Part shown: positions 52,300 to 62,076 of the stretch, in pieces | How the letters are laid out: each line of letters begins with the position of its first letter | How positions within the stretch are numbered: the stretch's first letter is position 1 | From: a virus | Taxonomy: Duplodnaviria; Heunggongvirae; Uroviricota; Caudoviricetes | IMG/VR virus record: IMGVR_UViG_2671180984_000014 | DNA: 64,000 nucleotides | Strand: one strand, 5' to 3' | Made by a program: the position numbers and the translations under genes | The notes under the pieces: generated by a model | What the model was told of the DNA's origin: nothing | The model's input: only the letters and a program-made list of their open reading frames with translations | The model's database searches: none

Positions 52300-52586
52300 A
52301 TATCGACACGACAATAACGATCGATACGCTCCTAAATACCGGTCTGGCACTTCTCGGTTGGCTTTTCATCATGTCCCGTACATGGCGATGGCTGGGTTCC
52401 ATTTTCCTAAAACAGTGGAAAAAACGGCGCAAACAGGAACTACGCCAGAAGGCATTAGAAGCGTTCTATGACGCATTTGAGCTTAGCCGCATTGAACCAG
52501 GTACAACAGCTAGGATAGCGACAAAAGGCGACCTGATGATAGTGATGTTCCGACAGGAGAGAGCAGAGAAAGGGGAATCAGCATGA
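52296..52586 (+). CDS. small membrane protein (~97 aa, GTG start)
   Basis: GTG overlapping upstream TGA, SD AAGGAAG; one TM helix. Confidence 0.35.
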   Translation: MNIDTTITIDTLLNTGLALLGWLFIMSRTWRWLGSIFLKQWKKRRKQELRQKALEAFYDAFELSRIEPGTTARIATKGDLMIVMFRQERAEKGESA

Positions 52587-53287
52587 AATTTTCCAAATTT
52601 TCTGAGTTGGTGAATCGTATTTTGTTCAACAACCACAGCCATCGTCGCGATATGGATGTAACAATCGTTGTTCATTCGCCTGGCAGCATTGGTTCAACAC
52701 CCTCAGTTGAGGTTCAGTCAATTCACGCTGGTTTTGATTGGGATTCCGGGACAGTGCTGATTTTCCCAGCACAGCCACTGACCACGCTAACACCAGAACA
52801 GATTACTGATATTACTGATAGTGTGCGCAAAGGTCAGTCCTGGCACGCATATCAGGAATACAAGAAGCATAAAGAGCAGTTGGAAAAATTATCGATTGAA
52901 CTTGATGCCGCAAAACAGCGCATTGCAGAGCTGGAGGGTAATTGCGCGGCGCTGGCGGCGGAGAATGCGGCAATGCATGAAACTATTGAAGCCGTTCGGG
53001 GTGTTGCGGATAACTCCAGTGGAATTGCCGGATGGCATTTGAATGGCGATATCGCTACATGGGAAGAGATTCTTCCTGAAATTAACGATATCGAAACCCC
53101 AGCCACCGATGCTTTTCTGGCTGAAGTACGTGCGCAGGGCGTGGAGATGCTGGCAAAAAATCATCAGAGTATCGTCAATGCACTTAAGGGAGATTCTTTA
53201 TTTTCTGATGGTGAATACCGACATGCAGCTATTGTTTCCGCAGCTGTATATTTCGCTGCAGAGCTTCGCAAAGGAGGCAACCAGTGA
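52583..53287 (+). CDS. Ead/Ea22-like protein, paralog B
   Basis: Shares ETPATDAFLAEVRAQG and the LEGNCAALAAENAAM block with paralog A. Confidence 0.45.
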   Translation: MKFSKFSELVNRILFNNHSHRRDMDVTIVVHSPGSIGSTPSVEVQSIHAGFDWDSGTVLIFPAQPLTTLTPEQITDITDSVRKGQSWHAYQEYKKHKEQLEKLSIELDAAKQRIAELEGNCAALAAENAAMHETIEAVRGVADNSSGIAGWHLNGDIATWEEILPEINDIETPATDAFLAEVRAQGVEMLAKNHQSIVNALKGDSLFSDGEYRHAAIVSAAVYFAAELRKGGNQ

Positions 53288-53940
53288 GCGAAATTAATTA
53301 CCAGGCACTGCGTGAGGCGGCAGAACGTGCAACTCCAGCAATGGAACGCCTGTTAATGTTGCCAGTTGATGATGATTTGTTAAGTGAACAGGAACTTAAA
53401 GATTACGGTGTGGATATTGATGCGCTCAACGCCTTCAAATTTCTGACCGGACCAGAAACCGTGCTGGCACTACTGGATGAACGGGAAAGAAACCAGCAAT
53501 ACATCAAATCACGCGACCAGGAGAACGAGGAGATTGCGCTTACGGAAGGGAAGCTGCTAATCGAAAACGGCCGGCTTGTTGCCGATACGCTACGCCACTT
53601 AGCTGATAACGAAATCGACTCTGATTATTTTGCTATCACCTCAACGAATGAGAACGGTACTGAAATTGATCATGAGATGGCTATTACCGATTACGCACTG
53701 CAAGCTGCCGGAACTGTAGACGAATTGGTTGCGGCGTTGGAATCCGCAGAGAATCGCATTGCAGAACTGGAAGCACGGGAAATATCGCTCCCAGAACGTA
53801 GCAGCATGCTTCATCGAACAGATTTTCACGATGATTACCAAACGGTAATGGCATACAAAGTTTCTGAAGTCATCGCTGCAATCCGCGCCGCTGGCATTCG
53901 CATCAAAGGAGAGGAGCATGGAAATAAAACCAGAAGATGA
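53284..53940 (+). CDS. Ead/Ea22-like protein, paralog C
   Basis: INYQALREAAE...TVLALLDERERNQQ...AENRIAELEARE. Confidence 0.45.
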   Translation: MSEINYQALREAAERATPAMERLLMLPVDDDLLSEQELKDYGVDIDALNAFKFLTGPETVLALLDERERNQQYIKSRDQENEEIALTEGKLLIENGRLVADTLRHLADNEIDSDYFAITSTNENGTEIDHEMAITDYALQAAGTVDELVAALESAENRIAELEAREISLPERSSMLHRTDFHDDYQTVMAYKVSEVIAAIRAAGIRIKGEEHGNKTRR

Positions 53941-54274
53941 GTTAAGCAATATCGTTTTATTTCCGGTAAAAGAGGATGACCCACGTAATCAGGTTAATTT
54001 TCTCTATGAGCCATCGGAAAGACCATATTGCCATCACGCCTCTGTCCGGGTTGACGAAAAAGAGCGTCAGGTCCGCTGTAAAATCTGCGGTGCAGTTGTG
54101 GAGCCATTTGACTGGATGCTCTCTGTGGCGAAAAGAGAAACCAGACTGGCAGATGATGTAAGGATCTTGCGCCAGGAGGAACGGGAAAGGCGGAGAAATA
54201 TAGAAAAGCTAATTCAGATTGAGCGTAACGTGAAAGCGCGGATACGCAGGGTGACAAAATCCAGAACTGAATAA
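53918..54274 (+). CDS. small zinc-ribbon protein (118 aa)
   Basis: CHHASVRVDEKERQVRCKICG. Confidence 0.35.
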   Translation: MEIKPEDELSNIVLFPVKEDDPRNQVNFLYEPSERPYCHHASVRVDEKERQVRCKICGAVVEPFDWMLSVAKRETRLADDVRILRQEERERRRNIEKLIQIERNVKARIRRVTKSRTE

Positions 54275-54322
54275 TTAAATTTAGCTCTGTTAAAAATTTA
54301 ATCCTTAACCGGAGGTATATCA

Positions 54323-54535
54323 ATGTCAAACGCACAGAAAGTTATTAACGCTGAAAAATATAACGAGTGGGTGAAAAAGTTCTCAGAGCAGATTTTTAAA
54401 ATTACTGGCGACGAGAATGCGGCAAAAAATGAATTAGAGCCGTGGACACCTGAAGGTGTCGACCCAAATTATTGCTGGTGGGATGTTGATCCAGTTGATG
54501 CTGCAAATGAAGCTATGAGTTATCACAACGATTAA
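54323..54535 (+). CDS. small hypothetical protein (70 aa)
   Basis: SD GGAGG. Confidence 0.35.
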   Translation: MSNAQKVINAEKYNEWVKKFSEQIFKITGDENAAKNELEPWTPEGVDPNYCWWDVDPVDAANEAMSYHND

Positions 54536-54735
54536 TGTCAGGAGGCCGCCCGAAAGGGCGGTAATGAAAAGTGACTGAATTAACCAAAGAGAAATTAATC
54601 GAAGAAGCCAAATTAAAAATAGCGATTGCGAAATGCTACCCCAATTCAGGGATGGCACGGGTATAGGGCGAGTTATTCAAAATTGCACTGGCATAGCTGG
54701 AAGCAGATCCAGTTAAACGAGTTAACTCAGATCAG

Positions 54736-55434
54736 ATGCACCGAGTCTGCTTAGAAGCTAATCGCTATTTAGATAAATATGACGCGATGGCGAAAGAGGT
54801 AAATAAGTTGCTTGGACGCATCGCCCCGCCAGCGCCAGTATTTAACGGCGAATACGGTGACGCATATCAGGGCGCTCGTGAAGACCTGTCCATCTGGAAA
54901 CGGCGAGCGCTTGAAGCTGATGAGCACGTTCGGCGACTGGAGCAAATCAATGACCACATGGTGAAAGAGGCGCAGGGAGAATCACGCATGGGCGAGCCTG
55001 TAATACGTGAGCCAGCACCGGTAGTGCCTGAAGAAGCAACTCCGGAAAACGTAGAAATGCTCTCTGGCTATGTTTCAACGTACAAATTAACCGATAGCGA
55101 GCGCGATATTGCTGCCGAAATATGGAACGCCTGCCGCGCCGCCATGCTTCAGGCTGGAAACTTTCGGGAAAATAAGGGTTCGTCAACCAATAATTTTCGG
55201 GAAATCTCGGAAACGTCAACCAACTATCCGGTAACTCCGGATGGTTGGATAAGCTGTAGTGAGCGAATGCCCGCTCAAGATGATTGGATTTTAATTTATT
55301 CAAAGCACGGTGAGTATATGGCAGGACAGGTGCAAGGGGAATACGTGGAGTTGAGCGACGGCACTTTATCGTGGTTAGGGAACGCCTTGTTCTGGATGCT
55401 GCTACCAGAACCTCCCCAGGAGGCAGGTCAATGA
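54736..55434 (+). CDS. hypothetical protein (232 aa)
   Basis: ORF. Confidence 0.35.
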   Translation: MHRVCLEANRYLDKYDAMAKEVNKLLGRIAPPAPVFNGEYGDAYQGAREDLSIWKRRALEADEHVRRLEQINDHMVKEAQGESRMGEPVIREPAPVVPEEATPENVEMLSGYVSTYKLTDSERDIAAEIWNACRAAMLQAGNFRENKGSSTNNFREISETSTNYPVTPDGWISCSERMPAQDDWILIYSKHGEYMAGQVQGEYVELSDGTLSWLGNALFWMLLPEPPQEAGQ

Positions 55435-55514
55435 GCTGGCCTGAAGCATTCGCAACGGTAGGAATTGTGATGGCGGCAGCACTGGGTTTGTATTCAATTT
55501 GTCGCTGGTGGTAA
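55431..55514 (+). CDS. 27-aa hydrophobic peptide (MSWPEAFATVGIVMAAALGLYSICRWW)
   Basis: ATG overlapping upstream stop; SD AGGAGG. Confidence 0.35.
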   Translation: MSWPEAFATVGIVMAAALGLYSICRWW

Positions 55515-55750
55515 CGATGGGGAAATTAACTTTTGTAGTCGAATTTGAGGATGGTAAAGAGCCACCTGTTAGCGCCAATCTTGATGTTGCTGGTGGCAGG
55601 CTTGTTTCGGTTCTATTTGGTGACTACCGAGATGATTTCTTCCAACCAGAAGAAGTTGATGTGGTGCGAGAGGCATTAAACGAGTTAAGTGTTGATAACG
55701 ATGATGCTCATGCGGAAATCATCCAAAAAATGGAACTGCTAACTCACTAA
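55499..55750 (+). CDS. small acidic protein (83 aa)
   Basis: ORF. Confidence 0.3.
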   Translation: MSLVVTMGKLTFVVEFEDGKEPPVSANLDVAGGRLVSVLFGDYRDDFFQPEEVDVVREALNELSVDNDDAHAEIIQKMELLTH

Positions 55751-55798
55751 ATTATCAATTATGGTGCTATCACCTACGACACCGAGAGAAAATTTATA

Positions 55799-55921
55799 AT
55801 GTCAAAAGTAAATGTTTTGATTTTTTCAGCAATTGTTGGCTTTGGTTTTACTGCCGGAGTGCAGATTTATATTGCGTGGGAAAAAATCATCAACTACGCA
55901 TGGAGTTGTTTTATTAAGTGA
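55799..55921 (+). CDS. 40-aa hydrophobic peptide (MSKVNVLIFSAIVGFGFTAGVQIYIAWEKIINYAWSCFIK)
   Basis: Short ORF with one TM helix; stop abuts next gene's SD. Confidence 0.3.
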   Translation: MSKVNVLIFSAIVGFGFTAGVQIYIAWEKIINYAWSCFIK

Positions 55922-55928
55922 GGTAAGT

Positions 55929-56222
55929 ATGTGGAGAGGTAATAGTCATGGCAAAAGCCAGATGATACTTACCGAATATAAGCTAGACCACAAAACCAAT
56001 AAATCACGTTCAGTATATTTGCTTCGCCACAATAGCCGCGTAAGGAATACCGTACTGGAGCAAAATCTGACCGTTGAAATGGATAATTACGGGGGCTTCA
56101 AGCCAACAATATCGCTTGATGATTTTCCTCGTGGTTTAAGCGAAAGAGAAGCAATGCTGAAATTAGCAGAATGGCTACAAAGATTAAGCATTGCTATTGA
56201 AGATAACTGGTCTGAACCTTAA
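55929..56222 (+). CDS. small hypothetical protein (97 aa)
   Basis: Internal ATG of track ORF 55833-56222 behind SD GAGGTAAG. Confidence 0.35.
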   Translation: MWRGNSHGKSQMILTEYKLDHKTNKSRSVYLLRHNSRVRNTVLEQNLTVEMDNYGGFKPTISLDDFPRGLSEREAMLKLAEWLQRLSIAIEDNWSEP

Positions 56223-56228
56223 ATTTAT

Positions 56229-56603
56229 ATGATGACACTAAAACATTTTCTTGACCGCCCATTATGGGCGGCAGCCGCAGGCTATGACTTTAATTATATG
56301 GATTGCATGTCTTATACTGCCAATGCATACGACCATTCGTTCAGCCTGCTGTTTAATTCTTTAAGAATATTGCCGCAAACAGAAGTTGGAGAGCTTCATT
56401 TATGGCTATTGGGCTTTATCGCGGCTGGAGTTGGTATTGCTGTATGGCCTTTTATTTTCTGGCTGGTGGCTGTTGTAGTGTGGTTTAAGTGCAAGACGTA
56501 CCGGAAAAAGTATTTCTTAGGTGATGGAATGACTGATATTGCCAAAATGAACATTGAAAAATGGACTAAGGAATGTGAAAAGAAATGGCGCAAAAAGAAA
56601 TGA
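56229..56603 (+). CDS. membrane protein (124 aa)
   Basis: Two adjacent TM helices. Confidence 0.35.
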   Translation: MMTLKHFLDRPLWAAAAGYDFNYMDCMSYTANAYDHSFSLLFNSLRILPQTEVGELHLWLLGFIAAGVGIAVWPFIFWLVAVVVWFKCKTYRKKYFLGDGMTDIAKMNIEKWTKECEKKWRKKK

Positions 56604-57265
56604 CTACTCTAACGACAGCATACTTACAGCAATTGGTATTTTTTGCAGGCGAGGCTACTTGTCATCCTGACGCAAACTATTTATTGGAATTTGAGAGGTT
56701 AGCGTCACCCGGTATCGTTCTGGAACTGGCCCAACAGGTGCTGGCCTTAAGACAAAAAGAGCAACATGAAAGTAATACGTGTAGATTGAATTTTGAGCAG
56801 TGGCTGGAACAGCAACGCGGAAAAATCGATGTGGACTGTGGTTGTGTGTCTACTGAAACATTCATGCACTGGCTGCGGGTAGCTTACGAGGCTGGCAACT
56901 ATCCGGATATTCCGGATAGTTCGGTGCCAGCGCCAGGAAAGGGCGTCACCGGTGAACGTATCCGCATTAAGCCGCATGTTTATCGCGAACTGGTTAACCG
57001 TCTCCACGATACAGCGATCAAGTGTGCAGGCACCCGGCAATTACGAGAAAAAATTAGCCGTGTTTTGGGCGACGTTATTACGCCAGATCATCATAAACAA
57101 GCCGAGAAAAGTGGCCTGGAAAGGTGTCACCTTGAGGCGGCATTAAACATTAAGCCGGGGCATACGCTTGGCATTATTGATGCACTATTGGTTCATAAGA
57201 TGGCCAGGGCTTTATTGCCGCTGGTGGCTGATAAGCATGAGGCGGGCCATGCCAACGAAAGCTGA
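56585..57265 (+). CDS. hypothetical protein (226 aa)
   Basis: ORF. Confidence 0.35.
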   Translation: MAQKEMTTLTTAYLQQLVFFAGEATCHPDANYLLEFERLASPGIVLELAQQVLALRQKEQHESNTCRLNFEQWLEQQRGKIDVDCGCVSTETFMHWLRVAYEAGNYPDIPDSSVPAPGKGVTGERIRIKPHVYRELVNRLHDTAIKCAGTRQLREKISRVLGDVITPDHHKQAEKSGLERCHLEAALNIKPGHTLGIIDALLVHKMARALLPLVADKHEAGHANES

Positions 57266-57533
57266 GTTACAGGCGCGCATAGAGATTCTTGAAAAAGAGA
57301 ATGCGAGTCTAAAAGGAATGCTGGCGCGGGCGGAAAGGGAATTATCAGGCAAATTATTGCCAGAAGAACTGCCACCAGCAGATATACCAGATCGAGTGTC
57401 CCGGTGGATGAAGTCTTTTGGTTTACCGTGGGAGGCTTTTTGGTGCTACGAGCATCGCAGATGGTGTGATGAACTTGATAGCAGTTTCCCCTACTTTGCG
57501 GAAGGGAACACCTGCCCTGAGTGTAGGAGGTAG
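57249..57533 (+). CDS. small coiled-coil / Cys-pair protein (94 aa)
   Basis: Internal ATG of track ORF 57168-57533; C-terminal CxxC. Confidence 0.3.
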   Translation: MPTKAELQARIEILEKENASLKGMLARAERELSGKLLPEELPPADIPDRVSRWMKSFGLPWEAFWCYEHRRWCDELDSSFPYFAEGNTCPECRR

Positions 57534-57537
57534 CGCG

Positions 57538-57816
57538 ATGTTTCGTCCTCGTCCAATACCGCCGAAAATAACTAATGGCTATCAGCCGAATACTCCAGAA
57601 ATACAAGGGAGCGAGGGGCTTAAACCACCACCAGCACCACGTATTCCGCCTGTAGCAAGGAACGTATCATTACGACGAGAGTTAATATTAGCCTTGTCGC
57701 CCGTTCTGGCTGCCCGCCAGGATTGGGTAAGTAATGATGACCTGGCAGAAAAAATCACATCGCTGGTGGATAAAATTCTGCAGATTGGCAATGAGATTAC
57801 GCTGATCCATTGGTGA
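57538..57816 (+). CDS. Pro-rich small protein (92 aa)
   Basis: Internal ATG behind SD GTAGGAGG. Confidence 0.3.
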   Translation: MFRPRPIPPKITNGYQPNTPEIQGSEGLKPPPAPRIPPVARNVSLRRELILALSPVLAARQDWVSNDDLAEKITSLVDKILQIGNEITLIHW

Positions 57817-57900
57817 TGAATAGTAGCAAAGCGCACAAAATCATCTGCGGTGGTTGGTGTACATAACGAGTTTGCACCAAAGGTGTCTCTTTAATGTATA

Positions 57901-57916
57901 CTGTATAAATGAACAG
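57901..57916 (+). promoter_or_regulatory. LexA (SOS) box CTGTATAAATGAACAG
   Basis: CTGT-N8-ACAG palindrome 22 bp upstream of humD. Confidence 0.7.
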
Positions 57917-57937
57917 TATTATTGAGGTGAAAACGCT

Positions 57938-58327
57938 ATGGGCTTCCCTTCTCCTGCGGCGGATTATGTTGAAAGCAGAATTTCTCTTGATCAGCAACTA
58001 ATCAGGCATCCATCAGCGACCTACTTCATGCGGGCGGCAGACAGCCATCACCGTGAGGGAATATTGCAGGGTGCTTTGCTGGTGGTTGATTCCTCGCTTA
58101 CTCCGGTTGATGGTTCGCTGCTTGTCTGCGCTATGGAGGGTGAATATCGCATAAAGAGATACCGAAAGTATCCGCGCCAGCACCTGGAGGATTTAAGCAC
58201 CGGGAAGAAAGAGGCGTTACCAGTAGATGACGATGGATACACGGGCAGTAATGCTGTTTTTGGTGTGATCACTCATGTCATCAATGATGCCCGAAGTGGG
58301 GAGTTTGATGATTGTCCGGTTATTTAA
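57938..58327 (+). CDS. humD: UmuD-like S24 peptidase-domain protein
   Basis: LexA/UmuD C-terminal-domain fold (GDSMEP-type region replaced by VVDSSLTPVDGSLLVCAMEGEYRIKRY). Confidence 0.8.
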   Translation: MGFPSPAADYVESRISLDQQLIRHPSATYFMRAADSHHREGILQGALLVVDSSLTPVDGSLLVCAMEGEYRIKRYRKYPRQHLEDLSTGKKEALPVDDDGYTGSNAVFGVITHVINDARSGEFDDCPVI

Positions 58328-58393
58328 GCTGCAAAGGGCTGGTGCTTTATGCCTGTTAGGTTTATAATTGTGTACACATAACGAGTACACGAG

Positions 58394-58621
58394 GTGTTTA
58401 TGCAATCCATTAACTTCCGTACCGCGCGCGGCAACCTTTCTGAAGTGCTCAACAATGTTGAAGCCGGGGAAGAGGTTGAAATCACCCGCAGAGGCCGTGA
58501 GCCAGCAGTAATTGTCAGCAAGGCTACTTTCGAAGCCTACAAAAAAGCGGCGCTGGATGCTGAATTTGCATCCCTGTTTGACACCCTGGACTCCACCAAC
58601 AAGGAACTGGTTAACCGATAA
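58394..58621 (+). CDS. phd: Phd antitoxin (73 aa)
   Basis: [73 protein letters not shown]. Confidence 0.9.
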
Positions 58622-59001
58622 TGAGGCATATATCACCGGAAGAACTTATTGCGCTTCATGATGCGAATATAAGCCGCTACGGCGGCCTGCCTGGCATGTC
58701 AGATCCGGGCAGGGCAGAGGCCATTATCGGGAGAGTTCAGGCCAGAGTTGCCTACGAAGAGATCACCGACCTTTTCGAAGTCTCCGCCACCTACCTGGTG
58801 GCTACAGCGAGAGGGCATATATTCAATGATGCCAATAAGCGTACCGCGCTAAACAGCGCGCTGCTATTTCTACGCCGTAACGGGGTGCAGGTATTTGATT
58901 CACCTGAACTGGCAGACCTTACTGTAGGCGCTGCGACTGGCGAGATATCTGTATCTTCTGTCGCCGACACGTTACGTAGATTGTATGGTTCCGCGGAGTA
59001 G
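58621..59001 (+). CDS. doc: Doc toxin (Fic-fold kinase, 126 aa)
   Basis: Start overlaps phd stop (TAATG); [10 protein letters not shown] Fic-like motif. Confidence 0.9.
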
Positions 59002-59185
59002 ATTAATGGCACGTAAATACAACAAATTGTCCCGTGAAGCGTTAAAGATGCTTCTTGATGGCGTGAGTCGCCGCGAGGTAAAGCAATACCTGGTTGGTAA
59101 GCAAATTGGTGCCAGGACCGCTATTGCTGTGTTATGCCGTCAGGAAATGGTTGTGCTTAAACAGAGAATGCCGGGCAGCAGATAA
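58985..59185 (+). CDS. small protein downstream of doc (66 aa)
   Basis: ORF. Confidence 0.35.
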
Positions 59186-59212
59186 AGCCCAATCAGTGAT
59201 GAAAGGTGTGAT

Positions 59213-60256
59213 GTGAAAGCCGTAATTACTCCCTTTGTACAAAAAGAGCTTGGCGTCGCCACATTCAAAGTGGATCAGGAAGTCAGAAAGCTGGTGGAGG
59301 CTGGCCGTAAATTTATTATGGAGCCGGTGCCGCGTGAGTTAATCGAGCACATGGACGACGGCCTCGTTGTTTCCGAGCAAACTATGGCAACAAATGAGGC
59401 GTTGCAGCCGTTTTTTAACAGCGATGAACTGTTTCGCCGTATTGGTGGAATTGACGCGCTGGTGGCGTGGTTGCGCAGGAAAGAGGGGCAATGCCAGGCC
59501 GCAGATCGTAGCTGGTGTGACAACCATATTGTCCACGCAGAACGAGACAATAGCGCGGTGTTGTTGTGCTGGCATCACGATAACCATTACCGGATGCGTG
59601 GTTTTAATGAGCTGAAAGAAACGCTGCATAATAATCGCGTTAACTGGATACTGGATGTCGCCCGTCAGGAAATGGGGCTTTCAGATGGCCATGATTTAAG
59701 TATTCAGGAACTGTGCTGGTGGGCTTTCATGCGCAACATGATGCACCTGATGCCGGAAGAAGTTTGCCGTATATCAATAAATAAGATGAAAGCCGCAACG
59801 CAGGATAGCGGACCTCTGAAAGAGGCGGATATTCGCCCGTATGACGATCGCGCTACAGCATATGTTCAGATGATGGAAGAACGCGCCGCGCCGATGCGTG
59901 CAAAAGTATGCCCTGTGGATGTTGACTCCGACCCTGGCATGGCGCATTTCAAAATACCAAAACTGCAATCGCTAAAATTACCTGAGTACATGGACTTTGT
60001 TGCTTCCCGTCCATGCTGTGGGTGTGGAGCGGCGGGAGCTGGCGCTCACATTACGCCTTATATCGTTCGTCATAGTCGATTATGCGCGCATGACATTTAC
60101 GCAATTCCTCTGTGCCAGTCATGCCAGCGTGATATTGAGCGTGACCGCGATAATTGGGAGAAGACGCACGGTAGGCTGGCGATGCATCAACGATTGTTCT
60201 TTGATTACGCGCTTGGAGTCGGCGCTATCACAAGTCACTCGTCGAGCGTTAGATAA
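59213..60256 (+). CDS. hypothetical protein (347 aa), Cys-rich C-terminus
   Basis: ORF; CCGCG...CQSCQ motifs. Confidence 0.4.
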   Translation: MKAVITPFVQKELGVATFKVDQEVRKLVEAGRKFIMEPVPRELIEHMDDGLVVSEQTMATNEALQPFFNSDELFRRIGGIDALVAWLRRKEGQCQAADRSWCDNHIVHAERDNSAVLLCWHHDNHYRMRGFNELKETLHNNRVNWILDVARQEMGLSDGHDLSIQELCWWAFMRNMMHLMPEEVCRISINKMKAATQDSGPLKEADIRPYDDRATAYVQMMEERAAPMRAKVCPVDVDSDPGMAHFKIPKLQSLKLPEYMDFVASRPCCGCGAAGAGAHITPYIVRHSRLCAHDIYAIPLCQSCQRDIERDRDNWEKTHGRLAMHQRLFFDYALGVGAITSHSSSVR

Positions 60257-60257
60257 A

Positions 60258-60274
60258 ATTGCTCTAATGTATTG
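60258..60274 (+). promoter_or_regulatory. C1-operator-like site (ATTGCTCTAATGTATTG) before lpa
   Basis: 11-nt left-half match; placement fits C1 control of the late activator. Confidence 0.5.
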
Positions 60275-60344
60275 CGATTTCTTTAATCGAGGGTATTATA
60301 TTCCACGTTGATTAGTTGACATGGGCTAATCAGTAGGTGACAGG

Positions 60345-60797
60345 ATGTTACTTAACTGGCAGGGACGCCACTTCATGGAAATAAATCACTCACGAATAAC
60401 ATCGTACGAGATTGCGGATTACATGATCCGCACTAAATCTCTTCTATCAGCGAAAGAACTCGCAGCAATTCTTGAAAAGGAATACCCGCATCTGGATGTC
60501 GATAAGCGCGATGTTTATCTGCGCTTAAAGGCTATCGCTGTGTCTAAGTATTCGTCTGTTTTGATTGATGACAGTACACGCCCACGTAGATTTCAGATCC
60601 ACTCTCTGAATCCTGAATTCTTTCGCCGTAGCCGCGCTCCGCGCCGGTTTGATGAAAAACTCCAGAACGAACTCTATATGACGCAGGACGAAAAGGAACG
60701 CCGGGAGCACCAGCCTTGGGTAATGGCGCGTCAACTTTTCAATAAGGTGGCCCGTCAGCACCGTCATTACGGTAATGCCACATCCGCACGTATCTGA
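60345..60797 (+). CDS. lpa: late promoter activator (150 aa)
   Basis: Position between operator and pacA; call by synteny. Confidence 0.55.
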   Translation: MLLNWQGRHFMEINHSRITSYEIADYMIRTKSLLSAKELAAILEKEYPHLDVDKRDVYLRLKAIAVSKYSSVLIDDSTRPRRFQIHSLNPEFFRRSRAPRRFDEKLQNELYMTQDEKERREHQPWVMARQLFNKVARQHRHYGNATSARI

Positions 60798-60823
60798 TTG
60801 ATTGCTTGCCCGTTCCGGGCCTT

Positions 60824-60839
60824 TTGACATGTGACTTTC
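60824..60839 (+). promoter_or_regulatory. putative late-promoter element TTGACATGTGACTTTC before pacA
   Basis: Shares the GTGACTTTC core with the inverted repeat upstream of the capsid gene. Confidence 0.35.
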
Positions 60840-60882
60840 GTTACCCTCGCGTCAAAAAGAGTTTTTACGAAAGGAAGCATAA

Positions 60883-62076
60883 GTGACCTGGGACGATCAC
60901 AAGAAGAATTTTGCTCGCCTGGCGCGAGATGGTGGTTACACCATCGCACAGTATGCCGCCGAGTTTAATCTTAACCCTAATACTGCACGTCGTTATCTCC
61001 GTGCCTTCAAAGAAGACACCAGGACAGCGGACAGCCGCAAGCCAAATAAGCCAGTCAGGAAGCCACTAAAAAGCATGATCATTGATCACTCTAATGATCA
61101 ACATGCAGGTAATCACATTGCGGCTGAAATAGCGGAAAAACAAAGGGTTAATGCCGTTGTCAGTGCCGCAGTCGAGAATGCGAAGCGCCAAAATAAGCGC
61201 ATAAATGATCGTTCTGATGATCATGACGTGATCACCCGCGCCCACCGGACCTTACGTGATCGCCTGGAACGCGACACCCTGGATGATGATGGTGAACGCT
61301 TTGAATTCGAAGCTGGCGATTACCTGATAGATAACGTTGAAGCGCGGAAGGCCGCGCGCGCTATGTTGCGTCGGTCCGGGGCCGATGTTCTGGAAACCAC
61401 TCTTCTGGAAAAGTCTCTTTCTCATCTCCTTATGCTGGAGAACGCCAGGGATACGTGTATTCGTCTGGTGCAGGAAATGCGCGATCAGCAAAAAGACGAT
61501 GATGAAGGGACTCCGCCTGAATATCGTATCGCGAGCATGCTAAACAGCTGTTCCGCGCAGATAAGCAGCCTGATCAACACCATTTACAGCATCCGGAATA
61601 ACTATCGAAAAGAAAGCCGGGAGGCGGAAAAGCACGCTTTATCTATGGGGCAAGCTGGCATTGTTAAGCTGGCATACGAACGAAAGCGTGAAAATAACTG
61701 GTCAGTGCTGGAAGCAGCTGAATTCATCGAGGCGCATGGCGGGAAAGTGCCGCCCCTGATGCTGGAGCAAATCAAAGCCGATCTGCGTGCTCCTAAGACC
61801 AATACCGATGATGAGGAAAGGCAAACAGCCGTCGGTGGCCCTTCTCTTGAAGATCTGGACAAAGTTGCGCGAGAACGGGCCGCCAACCGCCGCGCGGATG
61901 CCGCATTGTGGATTGAGCAGCGTAGGGAAGAAATCGCCGATATCGTTGATACAGGCGGTTATGGAGATGTTGATACTGAAGGTGCATCAAACGACCCATG
62001 GCTGGAACAAGACCTGGACGAAGACGAGGAGGAAGACGAAGAAGTTACCCGCAAGCTATACGGGGATGATGATTAA
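60883..62076 (+). CDS. pacA: terminase small subunit PacA (pac recognition)
   Basis: GTG start behind SD AAGGAAG; contains the pac hexamer clusters; acidic C-terminus. Confidence 0.8.
   Translation: MTWDDHKKNFARLARDGGYTIAQYAAEFNLNPNTARRYLRAFKEDTRTADSRKPNKPVRKPLKSMIIDHSNDQHAGNHIAAEIAEKQRVNAVVSAAVENAKRQNKRINDRSDDHDVITRAHRTLRDRLERDTLDDDGERFEFEAGDYLIDNVEARKAARAMLRRSGADVLETTLLEKSLSHLLMLENARDTCIRLVQEMRDQQKDDDEGTPPEYRIASMLNSCSAQISSLINTIYSIRNNYRKESREAEKHALSMGQAGIVKLAYERKRENNWSVLEAAEFIEAHGGKVPPLMLEQIKADLRAPKTNTDDEERQTAVGGPSLEDLDKVARERAANRRADAALWIEQRREEIADIVDTGGYGDVDTEGASNDPWLEQDLDEDEEEDEEVTRKLYGDDD
61076..61262. other. pac: pac packaging site: seven TGATC(A/G) hexamers in two clusters
   Basis: Hexamers at 61076, 61083, 61095 and 61206, 61218, 61229, 61257 inside pacA. 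Confidence 0.75.
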
